Of a DNA stretch of 64,000 bases, positions 54,327 to 62,802 are shown piece by piece. The DNA lies in the sequence record MN655998.1; one strand, given 5' to 3'. The notes beneath the pieces were generated by a model. The model ran no database searches and was not told where the DNA came from. It saw only the letters and a program-made list of their open reading frames with translations. This DNA comes from Escherichia phage E26. Positions within the stretch are counted from its first letter, which is position 1; each line of letters begins with the position of its first letter. Position numbers and translations under genes: made by a program.

Positions 54327-54983
54327 ATGCAAGTTTCTGAAAAAGGGAAAGACTTTGCTATCTCAAATGTCCTGCGCGCTATTTTCACAACTAAAAGCAC
54401 GGAGTTGCTCGTACTTCGTGTTTTTGCTGCCGTCGTGTTGTCCATATTGGCATTTGTCGTTTATAGTAAAAACGAGTTATTTGCGCTTTATAAAGAGACT
54501 CGTTATGAGACTTATGCTCACATTCTCCAGGTAGAGAAAGACCGCAATTTTGATAATGCAGCACAGGAGCAGTTACAGATAGTTCATGTGTCGGCTGATG
54601 CCGATTTTTCTGCTGTTTTTAGTTTTCGTCCGAAAAACCTAAACTATTTTGTTGATTTGGTGGCATATGAAGGAAAGCTACCGCACACAATCGATGAAAA
54701 AAATTTAGGCGGATTCCCTATCAATAAAACGAGTGAAGAATATCGTAGGCATCTTTTAGGTAAATCATATTTTACCGATAAAGATTTCCAGTATATTCCA
54801 TCAAGAGAAAAGAAATTAGAGAATATCGATATAGGTTTCATGTATTCTTGTCCTATATTCAATCTCGATAATGTCTATTCTGGTAGTATCGCCATTTCAT
54901 GGAAGAATAAACCGGATATTGACATTGAGAATTTAGATACTCTTTGCAATCAATCTGCCAGAATCCTCGGAAGGATTAGATAA
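54327..54983 (+). CDS. t: holin T
   Basis: 218 aa; single N-terminal TM; QLQIVHVSADADFSAVFSFRPKNLNYFVDLVAYEGKLP and C-terminal ARILGRIR as in T4 T. Confidence 0.8.
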   Translation: MQVSEKGKDFAISNVLRAIFTTKSTELLVLRVFAAVVLSILAFVVYSKNELFALYKETRYETYAHILQVEKDRNFDNAAQEQLQIVHVSADADFSAVFSFRPKNLNYFVDLVAYEGKLPHTIDEKNLGGFPINKTSEEYRRHLLGKSYFTDKDFQYIPSREKKLENIDIGFMYSCPIFNLDNVYSGSIAISWKNKPDIDIENLDTLCNQSARILGRIR

Positions 54984-54990
54984 CTTAAAG

Positions 54991-55018
54991 GGGAAGCCTT
55001 TCGGCCTCCCCTTCTTTT
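54991..55018. terminator. hairpin GGGGAAGCC-tttc-GGCCTCCCC + T-run
   Basis: Between convergent t and minus-strand gene. Confidence 0.45.
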
Positions 55019-55266
55019 TATTGACGCATAGACGCGCCTGAATCACATTTTGACGCTGTATGATGAAAACATGTAGCGTACCAGTCATCGGCTTGTTTGT
55101 CTTCGTCAGAAAACGCGTAATTTCGTTGTATGCCGTTTTCTACTTTGACCAGTGCAATAGCTGTTTCTGGAAGATCAATCAATCGGACAAAATCACCATC
55201 TTCCCACTCTACACGAGCAATATCATAGCCCATCTCAAAGTATACAATCGCTTGTTCTAATTTCAT
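55018..55266 (-). CDS. DUF2829-like (Tad2-family-like) small protein
   Basis: 82 aa; N-terminal EQAIxx...GYDIARVEW and C-terminal QADDW resemble the DUF2829 pattern; weak. Confidence 0.3.
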   Translation of the reverse strand: MKLEQAIVYFEMGYDIARVEWEDGDFVRLIDLPETAIALVKVENGIQRNYAFSDEDKQADDWYATCFHHTASKCDSGASMRQ

Positions 55267-55586
55267 TCTGGAAACTTCCCGTAAACATTCTCTGCCAGCT
55301 TACGTGCATCTTTTACAATATCTTTCATGTAATGACTATAATTTTTAGCTAGATCAATGATGCAATCAACAAAGAAGTAATAGCGTCGCAGTGCTACCAG
55401 CTCAACATCTTCAAGATGACCATTTTCTCCAATCGCTGAAATATGTTTAAATTCCTTTCGGATCGCGTCCATCGCTACATTAACTTCTTTTATAATATCT
55501 TTCGTATTATATGCACCTCGACTAATCAAAATTTTGGTTAGGTCTTCTGCTTTTTCGTGAAAGTTGTCAATTTCAAACTCGATCAT
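55263..55586 (-). CDS. hypothetical protein, EVN...GKF paralog a (start at MIEFEID)
   Basis: ORF track starts at GTG; ATG with RBS AGAGGTGA preferred; C-terminus ENVYGKFPE. Confidence 0.45.
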   Translation of the reverse strand: MIEFEIDNFHEKAEDLTKILISRGAYNTKDIIKEVNVAMDAIRKEFKHISAIGENGHLEDVELVALRRYYFFVDCIIDLAKNYSHYMKDIVKDARKLAENVYGKFPE

Positions 55587-55700
55587 AATCACCTCTCATA
55601 ATTTCACGCTGTTGTTTCAACATTTTTTCGTGGTTTGCTAATTCTATACCTTGTAATAGCATAACCAGTGCAATTTTCAATGATTCATCATCTTTCATAA

Positions 55701-56033
55701 TCAAAATTTACCGAAAATATTCTCTGTCATAATTCTTGCTTCGTCGATTATTTTCGTCATGTTCATGGTGTAGTTATGATCATTTAGTGCTTTAATGACA
55801 ACGAGCAAGGAATCTAAAAACACTCGATAACGGGTATATTCTACACTATTTGTGAATACCGATGTTTTCTCTACTTTATCGATCAGATAGCCTAAAACCG
55901 ATAGCGCCTCGTTTACTTCCCTTGTTACTTTATCGGCGCTAAACAGTACCGGATAAAGACGCGGTGTGATTAACCGCGCTGCCTCTTTCAATTCTGTCGC
56001 TTTCCATGATTCATATTTGTCATAGTTAAACAT
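55701..56033 (-). CDS. hypothetical protein, EVN...GKF paralog b
   Basis: Shares KEVNxA and ENIFGKF blocks with paralog a. Confidence 0.45.
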   Translation of the reverse strand: MFNYDKYESWKATELKEAARLITPRLYPVLFSADKVTREVNEALSVLGYLIDKVEKTSVFTNSVEYTRYRVFLDSLLVVIKALNDHNYTMNMTKIIDEARIMTENIFGKF

Positions 56034-56045
56034 TGTATAATCACC

Positions 56046-56377
56046 TTACAGATGAAAACCTGTTACGATCACCGCATCGATCATACCGCTAGGAATAAAC
56101 GGTTCGCCCTCTTTTATTTCAACTTTGAATTGATGCCATTTCGCTAATACTTCTTCCGGTACACCCAGCGATTCGGCGTCTGCTTTAGTTTCATCCATAA
56201 TCCAACTAGGCTGCATGAGAGCATAGTTTACATAGTCCATTTCTGGGGTCATGTCATCAATGTTAATATATTTGCAGTTGACACGTTTCAGAATTTCAAA
56301 TTCTTTATCGTCAACTTGTACCATATACAATTCGGTAGTTTCTGGTATCAGTTCCCACACAATCAGTACATTTTTCA
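56046..56377 (-). CDS. hypothetical protein (~110 aa; start at MKNVLIV)
   Basis: ORF track (GTG start) with internal ATG preferred. Confidence 0.4.
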
Positions 56378-56386
56378 TAGTTAACC

Positions 56387-56755
56387 TCACTTAACAAAGA
56401 TTTTCTTTAATGCTTTCAGGATCGTTGCTTCCGGCGCTTCTTCCGGTGGAGGAAGCAATTCTACAACTTCCTCTTCCAACTCGATATAGTCTACCAGATA
56501 TTCTACATAGAATGCAAGTGCTTCCATGAAATTAGATGCTACATCCGATTCGCCACACGCGCCCACATGCATTGTATAAACATCACTGCGATCAAGTTTG
56601 TGGATGCTTCCCAGATAGTTTCGGTTATACCAAACTTCCCACACTTTCAGTTTTCCGGTTTTGGTTGCGGTTTTATAGTCTGTTTCGTAGTGATGCAATT
56701 GACGTTGCAAATCATTGATAATAACACATTTTTCGTAATTGTTTTGAATTTCCAT
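56387..56755 (-). CDS. hypothetical protein (122 aa)
   Basis: ORF track. Confidence 0.45.
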   Translation of the reverse strand: MEIQNNYEKCVIINDLQRQLHHYETDYKTATKTGKLKVWEVWYNRNYLGSIHKLDRSDVYTMHVGACGESDVASNFMEALAFYVEYLVDYIELEEEVVELLPPPEEAPEATILKALKKIFVK

Positions 56756-56765
56756 GATTTAATCC

Positions 56766-56957
56766 TCACTTATCGTTAAGAAGTTCTAAAACTTTCTGTC
56801 GTACTTTGTCAATATCGGTTGATTCAAAAACTGTACGGTATCCCCAGCTTTGACCGTATGAGCGGTTGCAATCTCCATATCCCCATTGTTCAACCTGGTA
56901 GTATTCAAGGAATTGGTGCTGCCGAACTATGATACCATCGCGATTAAAAATTACCAT
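56766..56957 (-). CDS. hypothetical protein (63 aa)
   Basis: ORF track; RBS GAGGAT. Confidence 0.4.
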   Translation of the reverse strand: MVIFNRDGIIVRQHQFLEYYQVEQWGYGDCNRSYGQSWGYRTVFESTDIDKVRQKVLELLNDK

Positions 56958-56979
56958 GATATAATCCTCACGTCAAAAC

Positions 56980-57258
56980 TTATCTTCGGTTGTACTTCTG
57001 CCACTTTCGGTAATACTGCTTGTAATGTTGTTTAATGTTTGTTGGTTCGTCACTATACATGTTATCAACCATCATGTCAATAAGACCTTCCGGTGTTTGA
57101 TAGTTACCCGCTCGAATGAGTTCCTTAATCAAAAGATCTTGTGTCGCTTTATACTTGACAATAACAATTGTCTTTTCTGCCTTTCCAATTCCGATCCGGT
57201 CGTTAGCTCTCATAGCATCCCACCAATCTTTTTTAAACTTCATGTTGTTAAATTTCAT
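56980..57258 (-). CDS. hypothetical basic protein (92 aa)
   Basis: ORF track. Confidence 0.45.
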   Translation of the reverse strand: MKFNNMKFKKDWWDAMRANDRIGIGKAEKTIVIVKYKATQDLLIKELIRAGNYQTPEGLIDMMVDNMYSDEPTNIKQHYKQYYRKWQKYNRR

Positions 57259-57261
57259 AAT

Positions 57262-58062
57262 TTAACCCTTCTTATATTCGCAAACATATTGAGTACCATA
57301 ATCATAGCTAATGCGACCTTTCTCGATGACTTCAAAGCGGATTTCATCGTTTTCCCCTACCCACATTTTGTACTCGTTGAAGTATCCTGCTACATCCGGT
57401 TTGCTCATACCAACAACCATATTTTTATATTGTTTGCTGCGTGTCAGATTTGATTTAAACACTTCGCGCTCATCAACATATACGAAAGAAGACAATTCAC
57501 CTTCGGTCATGGTCATTTTCAGCTTGCCGCCCTTGTTGCCATAAGTAGAGTTGCCATACAATGGATCTTTGCGGCTGTCTGTTTCAATACCATCAATGAT
57601 TTTCCATGTAAATTTTGCAATGCACTGATAAGTGATAGATCCAGAGATTTTCTCTTCTTTCTTCTGTTCTTCCACCACTTTTTCTTCCTGTTTCGGTTGT
57701 TCTTCGTCAACCTTCACAGAAGTCTCTGAATCGCTTTCTGATGCGGTTTCTTCTTTAGGTAATACATTCATCAAGTTTTGGATTTGAGCGTTATATACAG
57801 CCTCCAGTGGCTGGATCTGCCCGATATTGATCATTGTATCACGAACAGTTTTATTCCAGTTGCGTTGCTCTTGTTTAAGAGACGGATCAATCTTAACAGC
57901 CTTAACATACACTTCATGAAGTTTAGAATCCAGTGCGGAGATTGACTCATTAGCACAAATAAACTTCTCTGATTTGGTAGTAGCTTTAGCGCAATCGAAG
58001 GAAGCAGCATTAGCACCGAAAGCAGTAGCAGAAAGAACGATAGCAGCGATAATGTTTTTCAT
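57262..58062 (-). CDS. secreted protein with DUF1311 (LprI lysozyme-inhibitor-like) N-terminal domain
   Basis: Signal peptide MKNIIAAIVLSATAFGANA; CAKATTKSEKFICANESISALDSKLHEVY...QRNWNKTVRD matches the DUF1311 Cys/QRxW pattern. Confidence 0.5.
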   Translation of the reverse strand: MKNIIAAIVLSATAFGANAASFDCAKATTKSEKFICANESISALDSKLHEVYVKAVKIDPSLKQEQRNWNKTVRDTMINIGQIQPLEAVYNAQIQNLMNVLPKEETASESDSETSVKVDEEQPKQEEKVVEEQKKEEKISGSITYQCIAKFTWKIIDGIETDSRKDPLYGNSTYGNKGGKLKMTMTEGELSSFVYVDEREVFKSNLTRSKQYKNMVVGMSKPDVAGYFNEYKMWVGENDEIRFEVIEKGRISYDYGTQYVCEYKKG

Positions 58063-58090
58063 AATATATTCCTCAATGTTTTTCTTGATG

Positions 58091-58124
58091 GGAGTATCTT
58101 ACTACTCCCTTAATCCGGTGTCAA
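58091..58124 (-). promoter_or_regulatory. PeSL early promoter (TTGACA, stem GGGAGTA/TACTCCC)
   Basis: As 20679 element. Confidence 0.5.
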
Positions 58125-58131
58125 CTACTTT

Positions 58132-58287
58132 TTAAATTTCTTCTACAGTAAAGTCTTCAATGTTGTTGTGCTCGGAGAACGTTGCTAGACCAGCATCCCA
58201 TGCATCATCCTCAGAGAAGAATACACCGTAACGTTCATATCCTTTAGCGCCTTCAAATTTAACCATTAATTTGTGAGTATGTTTCAT
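58132..58287 (-). CDS. hypothetical small protein (51 aa; start at MKHTHKL)
   Basis: ORF-track entry begins at the TTG of the -35 box; internal ATG with RBS AAGGAGAAT. Confidence 0.35.
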   Translation of the reverse strand: MKHTHKLMVKFEGAKGYERYGVFFSEDDAWDAGLATFSEHNNIEDFTVEEI

Positions 58288-58322
58288 TTTGATTCTCCTT
58301 CGTTGTCTTGATGAGTTTAGTA

Positions 58323-58347
58323 TAGGGGATCGCCGATCCCCTGTCAA
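58323..58347 (-). promoter_or_regulatory. PeSL early promoter (TTGACA - GGGGATCGGCGATCCCC - TATACT)
   Basis: Hexamers plus palindrome. Confidence 0.5.
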
Positions 58348-58359
58348 CTATTTTTTAAA

Positions 58360-58620
58360 TTATTTTCGCCATTCACCGGAAACAATGAAGTTTGTAAAGT
58401 GATTGTGGTCCGTGATAATGTCATTAAGTACCATATGCGGATATGCTTTAGTGTAATCACGTTTACGATCAGTCATCCAGCCAACGAAAGTCGGTGCAAA
58501 GTACGGCACACCGTCAGACGATGCCATATTAAACCCTTTATCAACCATAAATGCAGCCGCCCGAAGATTTTTAATTGAAGTAGTGCGACTAATTTCAAAA
58601 ACTTTATCGGTAAAATTCAT
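58360..58620 (-). CDS. hypothetical protein (86 aa)
   Basis: ORF track. Confidence 0.45.
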   Translation of the reverse strand: MNFTDKVFEISRTTSIKNLRAAAFMVDKGFNMASSDGVPYFAPTFVGWMTDRKRDYTKAYPHMVLNDIITDHNHFTNFIVSGEWRK

Positions 58621-58832
58621 TTTAAGCCCCCCGCTCGTGCATTAATACGCATTTTCTGCATAGCCATAATCTGGCGTACTGCTTCTTCTTTGCGTTCTTG
58701 TGTGATAACGTGACCAGATTCCGCAAACTCTCCAGCGACCTCTTCCACGATCTCGCGAACTTGAGAACGTCCAAAGATGCGGTTTCCTTCGTAGCTCATA
58801 AATTCAGTCACTACTTGCTCAATAGATTTCAT
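58617..58832 (-). CDS. hypothetical protein (71 aa)
   Basis: ORF track; RBS AAGGAGAAT. Confidence 0.45.
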   Translation of the reverse strand: MKSIEQVVTEFMSYEGNRIFGRSQVREIVEEVAGEFAESGHVITQERKEEAVRQIMAMQKMRINARAGGLK

Positions 58833-58855
58833 GTGATTCTCCTTTCGTCTGGTAT

Positions 58856-58890
58856 GGGAGTATATTACTACTCCCGTTTCTTTACGTCAA
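58856..58890 (-). promoter_or_regulatory. PeSL early promoter (TTGACG, stem GGGAGTA/TACTCCC)
   Basis: As 20679 element. Confidence 0.5.
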
Positions 58891-58897
58891 CTGGTTT

Positions 58898-59140
58898 TTA
58901 GAAATTTTTCGCTTCTTCTTCGGTCATCATAACCGCGCATTCGTGCATAACTTTGAAAACCGGATCAATCATGTCGAATGCTTCGCGAGACAGTTTACGA
59001 GAAGCGATTTTGATTGCTTCAACGTCTTCTACTACAGGAACAAAAACAGTTTTCAGTTCATCGAGCACGGCAGCTTCTTTTTCATTCAGGAAGATTCCAG
59101 CGTCGTACAGTGCAACTTCGATAACATTAACTTTAACCAT
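58898..59140 (-). CDS. hypothetical acidic protein (80 aa; start at MVKVNVIE)
   Basis: ORF track with internal ATG, RBS GGAGGAAAT. Confidence 0.45.
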   Translation of the reverse strand: MVKVNVIEVALYDAGIFLNEKEAAVLDELKTVFVPVVEDVEAIKIASRKLSREAFDMIDPVFKVMHECAVMMTEEEAKNF

Positions 59141-59173
59141 TTTTATTTCCTCCAGTTCGCTTCGGTATGTTAG

Positions 59174-59203
59174 TATAATACTACCGATGACCTTTGGTGT
59201 CAA
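59174..59203 (-). promoter_or_regulatory. early promoter candidate (TTGACA ... TATACT/ATTATA)
   Basis: -35 exact, -10 less certain. Confidence 0.4.
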
Positions 59204-59398
59204 CTAGTTTTTGTTATTTTCGTGAAAATTTTTCGTCTCCTCTAGGTTCTTTTCGACCTTCATCCATTCCGCGTATTCTTGCGCGGCTACTTTCGGATTT
59301 AGTCCGTCTTCGTACATTGCTTCAAGTAATTCTTCGTCGGTGGGCTTATACCCTAGATAAGCCTCCACCTGATTTTTCCAAATTTTATACCAGTTCAT
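59204..59398 (-). CDS. hypothetical protein (64 aa; start at MNWYKIW)
   Basis: Internal ATG chosen to avoid 65-nt overlap with upstream gene. Confidence 0.35.
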   Translation of the reverse strand: MNWYKIWKNQVEAYLGYKPTDEELLEAMYEDGLNPKVAAQEYAEWMKVEKNLEETKNFHENNKN

Positions 59399-59402
59399 AT
59401 TA

Positions 59403-59675
59403 TCACCAATCAAGAGCGCGTGTCTCTGCGTCTTCCCATGCTTGATCCATAACAGCCTTGAAAACATATTCTAAAGTATCATCTTTAGAGAATCCGAAGA
59501 CTTTAGACGGAATATCTTCAATTGCTACTCCCGCAACTTCTGCATTACGCGCTTGGCAATAATGCAACTCTAAGTTATCGAGATAGCGACCGCCTAATTT
59601 CTCCATATCATCCCAGCATTTCCAGTAACCTACTTTATCTGCAATTGCTAACACTTTGCTGTTTTTGTTGCTCAT
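59403..59675 (-). CDS. hypothetical protein (90 aa; start at MSNKNSKV)
   Basis: RBS AAAGGAGAAT before internal ATG. Confidence 0.45.
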   Translation of the reverse strand: MSNKNSKVLAIADKVGYWKCWDDMEKLGGRYLDNLELHYCQARNAEVAGVAIEDIPSKVFGFSKDDTLEYVFKAVMDQAWEDAETRALDW

Positions 59676-59706
59676 CTTTGATTCTCCTTTTGTTTGGTAT
59701 GGGTGT

Positions 59707-59735
59707 ATTATGCAATGATGGATTTGTGAAGTCAA
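59707..59735 (-). promoter_or_regulatory. early promoter (TTGACT-17-CATAAT)
   Basis: Hexamer match and spacing. Confidence 0.5.
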
Positions 59736-59755
59736 CAACTTTTTAAAATAAAAAA

Positions 59756-59777
59756 AGCCGACCACAAGGATCGGCTT
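59756..59777 (-). terminator. intrinsic terminator AGCCGATCC-ttg-TGGTCGGCT + T7 run (minus)
   Basis: Same hairpin as 49316..49337 in inverted orientation. Confidence 0.55.
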
Positions 59778-59786
59778 AATAATCAG

Positions 59787-60182
59787 TTACTTACTAAATT
59801 TCTTTTTGGCTTCGTCTACTGCATGAGATGCCAGTACCGCTGCCGCATGTGCACTTTTATCTGTGTTGCAGAGAACACCCAGATAAACATCACGCCAAAG
59901 TTTAATCATCTCGTAGATCATATCAATATCATTTTCTTGTTTGTTGGCGATGCTATTCGTTGTTATCTGGTAAGGTAACGGCTTAATCTGTACTGGTTCC
60001 GCCATCGGGCTAATCGGTTTCGGATCAGTCATAATAGGTGCTGTTGTGGGTGGTGTTTTCCATACGCCATTATTCCACGGTTTAATCGTTGTATCGTAAA
60101 GTTTATAAGGATTTTTGTCTGGGTCAACCATCCATGCATGATGAGTACCCAAACCATTTGAAGTGATGCGTCGTTCAGTCAT
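59787..60182 (-). CDS. hypothetical Pro-rich protein (131 aa)
   Basis: ORF track. Confidence 0.45.
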   Translation of the reverse strand: MTERRITSNGLGTHHAWMVDPDKNPYKLYDTTIKPWNNGVWKTPPTTAPIMTDPKPISPMAEPVQIKPLPYQITTNSIANKQENDIDMIYEMIKLWRDVYLGVLCNTDKSAHAAAVLASHAVDEAKKKFSK

Positions 60183-60185
60183 AAT

Positions 60186-60383
60186 TTATTTCCTCTCTGA
60201 TAATTCTTTCATCAAGCTGTCGATCTTTGCTCTGTGTTCTGGCGTGTTTGTCATCTCTGCTAATTTGCTCAGAGATTCACTGGTGATCCGGTTGGATTCT
60301 TCCAGTGTTTCAACGACAATTGGCACAATCTTTTTATTGTTGTACAGAAATGCAATATAACCGCCTTCTGGATATTCTTTCAT
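60186..60383 (-). CDS. hypothetical protein (65 aa; start at MKEYPEG)
   Basis: ORF track begins at TTG; ATG two codons in. Confidence 0.4.
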   Translation of the reverse strand: MKEYPEGGYIAFLYNNKKIVPIVVETLEESNRITSESLSKLAEMTNTPEHRAKIDSLMKELSERK

Positions 60384-60385
60384 AA

Positions 60386-61750
60386 TCAACCCTTCTTAAG
60401 TTCTTTAAGATCTTTCTTATATTCCTTCATTGCGGTCGTCTTTGTCCAATACTCATATTCACTATGATGTTTCTCGGCATCTTTGACCAGTCGATCATAC
60501 TCTTCTTGAGTAACGCTATACAATGGCATAGAAACTAGCTTATCGGCGTATGGACGCAGTTTTTCATGTCCATTGATGGATTGCATTACCTCGGCCTTTT
60601 TCTTTCCCTGTAGCTCGATTTCGCCCTTAATTACAAGGTCGATAAATTCTGCTTTAGCCATTGCATAATTGTATGCTTCCAGCGTTTCCGCTTGCATCAA
60701 TTCAATGCGTTTATCGACATACCCTAATCGGATTTCGACGAATCGACGGATCAGATCGCTCGCTTTCTCGAATACTTCAACTAAGCCACGTTCATTAACT
60801 ACCACGATATTCTGGGCTACTAACTGCGTTAGTTTAAAATCCTTCATGATCTGCTCATGTCGAGCGGATTCATCTTCGCTTTTGAAATAATCGCGTTTCA
60901 GTGTTACTTCAAATCTGAATCCGTCCTTAGAGCAACGGTCATTATATGAGACAATCAGATCTTTTTCTTCCAGTGCATCCAGTACCGCCACATATTCTTC
61001 ACGGTCGAACTTATAAGGAACTTCTGATATTGTCAGTTTAGTCTTGCCGTTTAGTTCATATGTACCCTCAAGGATCACACCATCTCGATCATCTCGCGGG
61101 ATAACTTTACCCGTGAATTTCGGGAATTGAACACGAGGTTCTTTATCCAGTTTTCCGGTAAGTGCTAGCTCTGTGCATTCAATGAGGCTTTCCAGTGAAT
61201 GCGGTAAAATGTCAGTTTTATACCCTGTAGCAATACCACTAATACCATTAGCTAGTACCATTGGCACAACTGGCAAGTAGAATGCTGGCGGGATGTGTTC
61301 CAGATCTTCGTGCTTAGGTGCGCAATTCATATCTTTATAGATTTTAAAGAAGTTTTCATGCACACGAGCAAAAATATAACGTGCTGCACCTGCTTTCTGG
61401 ACTAAACGCGATCCAAAGTTACCTTGACCGTCAAGCAGCGGAGTATTATTGCTCCATGTATTCGCCATGAGTGATCCAGCTTCTACAGCATTAGTTTCCC
61501 CGTGGTGATACCCCAACTCAGCGACACCAGATCCAATATCTGCCATCTTACGGAATTTCTTACGGTCGCCTTTACTCTTTTGAAGTGCGCACTCCATAAC
61601 AAAGCGTTGCACTGGTTTAAGCCCATCCACTAATTGAGGAATCCCGCGTTCCTCGGCAGAATAGATCGCATATTCCTTAGCTTCATTATGTACAATGCTT
61701 TCAAGGCTGCGGTAAGTAAATGTGTTTACAATTTGACTAATTTTATCCAT
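60386..61750 (-). CDS. 52: type II DNA topoisomerase medium subunit gp52 (GyrA-like)
   Basis: RGIPQLVDGLKPVQR GyrA-type motif; ~454 aa from ATG with RBS GAGGTGA. Confidence 0.8.
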   Translation of the reverse strand: MDKISQIVNTFTYRSLESIVHNEAKEYAIYSAEERGIPQLVDGLKPVQRFVMECALQKSKGDRKKFRKMADIGSGVAELGYHHGETNAVEAGSLMANTWSNNTPLLDGQGNFGSRLVQKAGAARYIFARVHENFFKIYKDMNCAPKHEDLEHIPPAFYLPVVPMVLANGISGIATGYKTDILPHSLESLIECTELALTGKLDKEPRVQFPKFTGKVIPRDDRDGVILEGTYELNGKTKLTISEVPYKFDREEYVAVLDALEEKDLIVSYNDRCSKDGFRFEVTLKRDYFKSEDESARHEQIMKDFKLTQLVAQNIVVVNERGLVEVFEKASDLIRRFVEIRLGYVDKRIELMQAETLEAYNYAMAKAEFIDLVIKGEIELQGKKKAEVMQSINGHEKLRPYADKLVSMPLYSVTQEEYDRLVKDAEKHHSEYEYWTKTTAMKEYKKDLKELKKG

Positions 61751-61757
61751 CTTCACC

Positions 61758-62120
61758 TCATACACGCTTACAAATCACATTCTTTACTTTATCAGATTTA
61801 TCAGCCCAATCCAATAGCCATTTTAACGGAAGGATTGAAACAATAAACGGGGCAGCAATCAAAGCAAACATGATACACCTGATAATCAGGAAAACGCAAG
61901 TGACAAAACTAGCGATAGTGATCCCGACAAAACAAAATACCATAGAAAACAGAGTAATGATATAGAAAGGCCAGAATACCCACTCCCGCATCTTAACGCC
62001 TTTGTATTCTCTGAATTGCTTAAAATCTACAAACAACTCTCGGATAGACGCGTACAGGACCGAAAAATCATCTTTCATTGCTCTGAATGAGCAATCTTCT
62101 ATTTTAGAATGACCTAGCAT
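61758..62120 (-). CDS. hypothetical membrane protein (3 predicted TM helices)
   Basis: 120 aa, hydrophobic segments. Confidence 0.45.
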   Translation of the reverse strand: MLGHSKIEDCSFRAMKDDFSVLYASIRELFVDFKQFREYKGVKMREWVFWPFYIITLFSMVFCFVGITIASFVTCVFLIIRCIMFALIAAPFIVSILPLKWLLDWADKSDKVKNVICKRV

Positions 62121-62122
62121 TA

Positions 62123-62416
62123 TTAACCGCCTTTAACCATTGATACAGGAATTGTTTTCTGATTTGTGTATAAGTGGCCTACTTCAATTTTTTCTTGAAT
62201 CACCACGACGTTACAATATCCACTGTCTTTAAGTTTTCTGATAATGACTCGCTTTTGTTCGTCGGTGATAGGATTGACTGTTCTCACCAATTCACCGCAA
62301 ATAATAGCACCATCTTTACAATTGCCAGTAACTTTCATGCTACGACCGTGAACAACAACCACATCACCGTAAATCACATTTTCGTCGTCGTATTTGGTAA
62401 TAACCGTGACTGTCAT
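62123..62416 (-). CDS. hypothetical protein (97 aa)
   Basis: ORF track. Confidence 0.45.
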   Translation of the reverse strand: MTVTVITKYDDENVIYGDVVVVHGRSMKVTGNCKDGAIICGELVRTVNPITDEQKRVIIRKLKDSGYCNVVVIQEKIEVGHLYTNQKTIPVSMVKGG

Positions 62417-62461
62417 AATGTATTCCCTCTAAGAAAGGCCGCGCAAAGCGGCCTATGTTGA

Positions 62462-62788
62462 TTATTGTTCTACAGTATAACCGTTGTTTTCAAGCCATGC
62501 AATAACAATCTTTTCGCCAATTTCATCGAGCATTTCATCAGCGCCGTATTCTTTGATGAAAATCGATGGATCGTTATTGCTTACTACGTGCTGGATCACA
62601 ACATGTTCAGGAATTGCGTCTAGCAGTTCGCTATGATCATACTCATTAACGATATCTTCAACACTAACATTATTAACCAAATCAACATCATCCATAGTCA
62701 CAGTAACGCGACCGGACGGACGAAGTGAATATTGGCTACTTTCAACTTCAACATGTGCACTTTCGCAAGTAACTTTCATATCAACCAT
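62462..62788 (-). CDS. hypothetical acidic protein (108 aa)
   Basis: ORF track; RBS AGAGGAAT. Confidence 0.45.
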   Translation of the reverse strand: MVDMKVTCESAHVEVESSQYSLRPSGRVTVTMDDVDLVNNVSVEDIVNEYDHSELLDAIPEHVVIQHVVSNNDPSIFIKEYGADEMLDEIGEKIVIAWLENNGYTVEQ

Positions 62789-62802
62789 AATTAATTCCTC
62801 TG

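Noticed and set aside
55018-60182. MotA / AsiA homologues among the post-holin ORFs
   Set aside because: No ORF of the right size with recognisable MotA or AsiA features; candidates were secreted, membrane or unrelated small proteins
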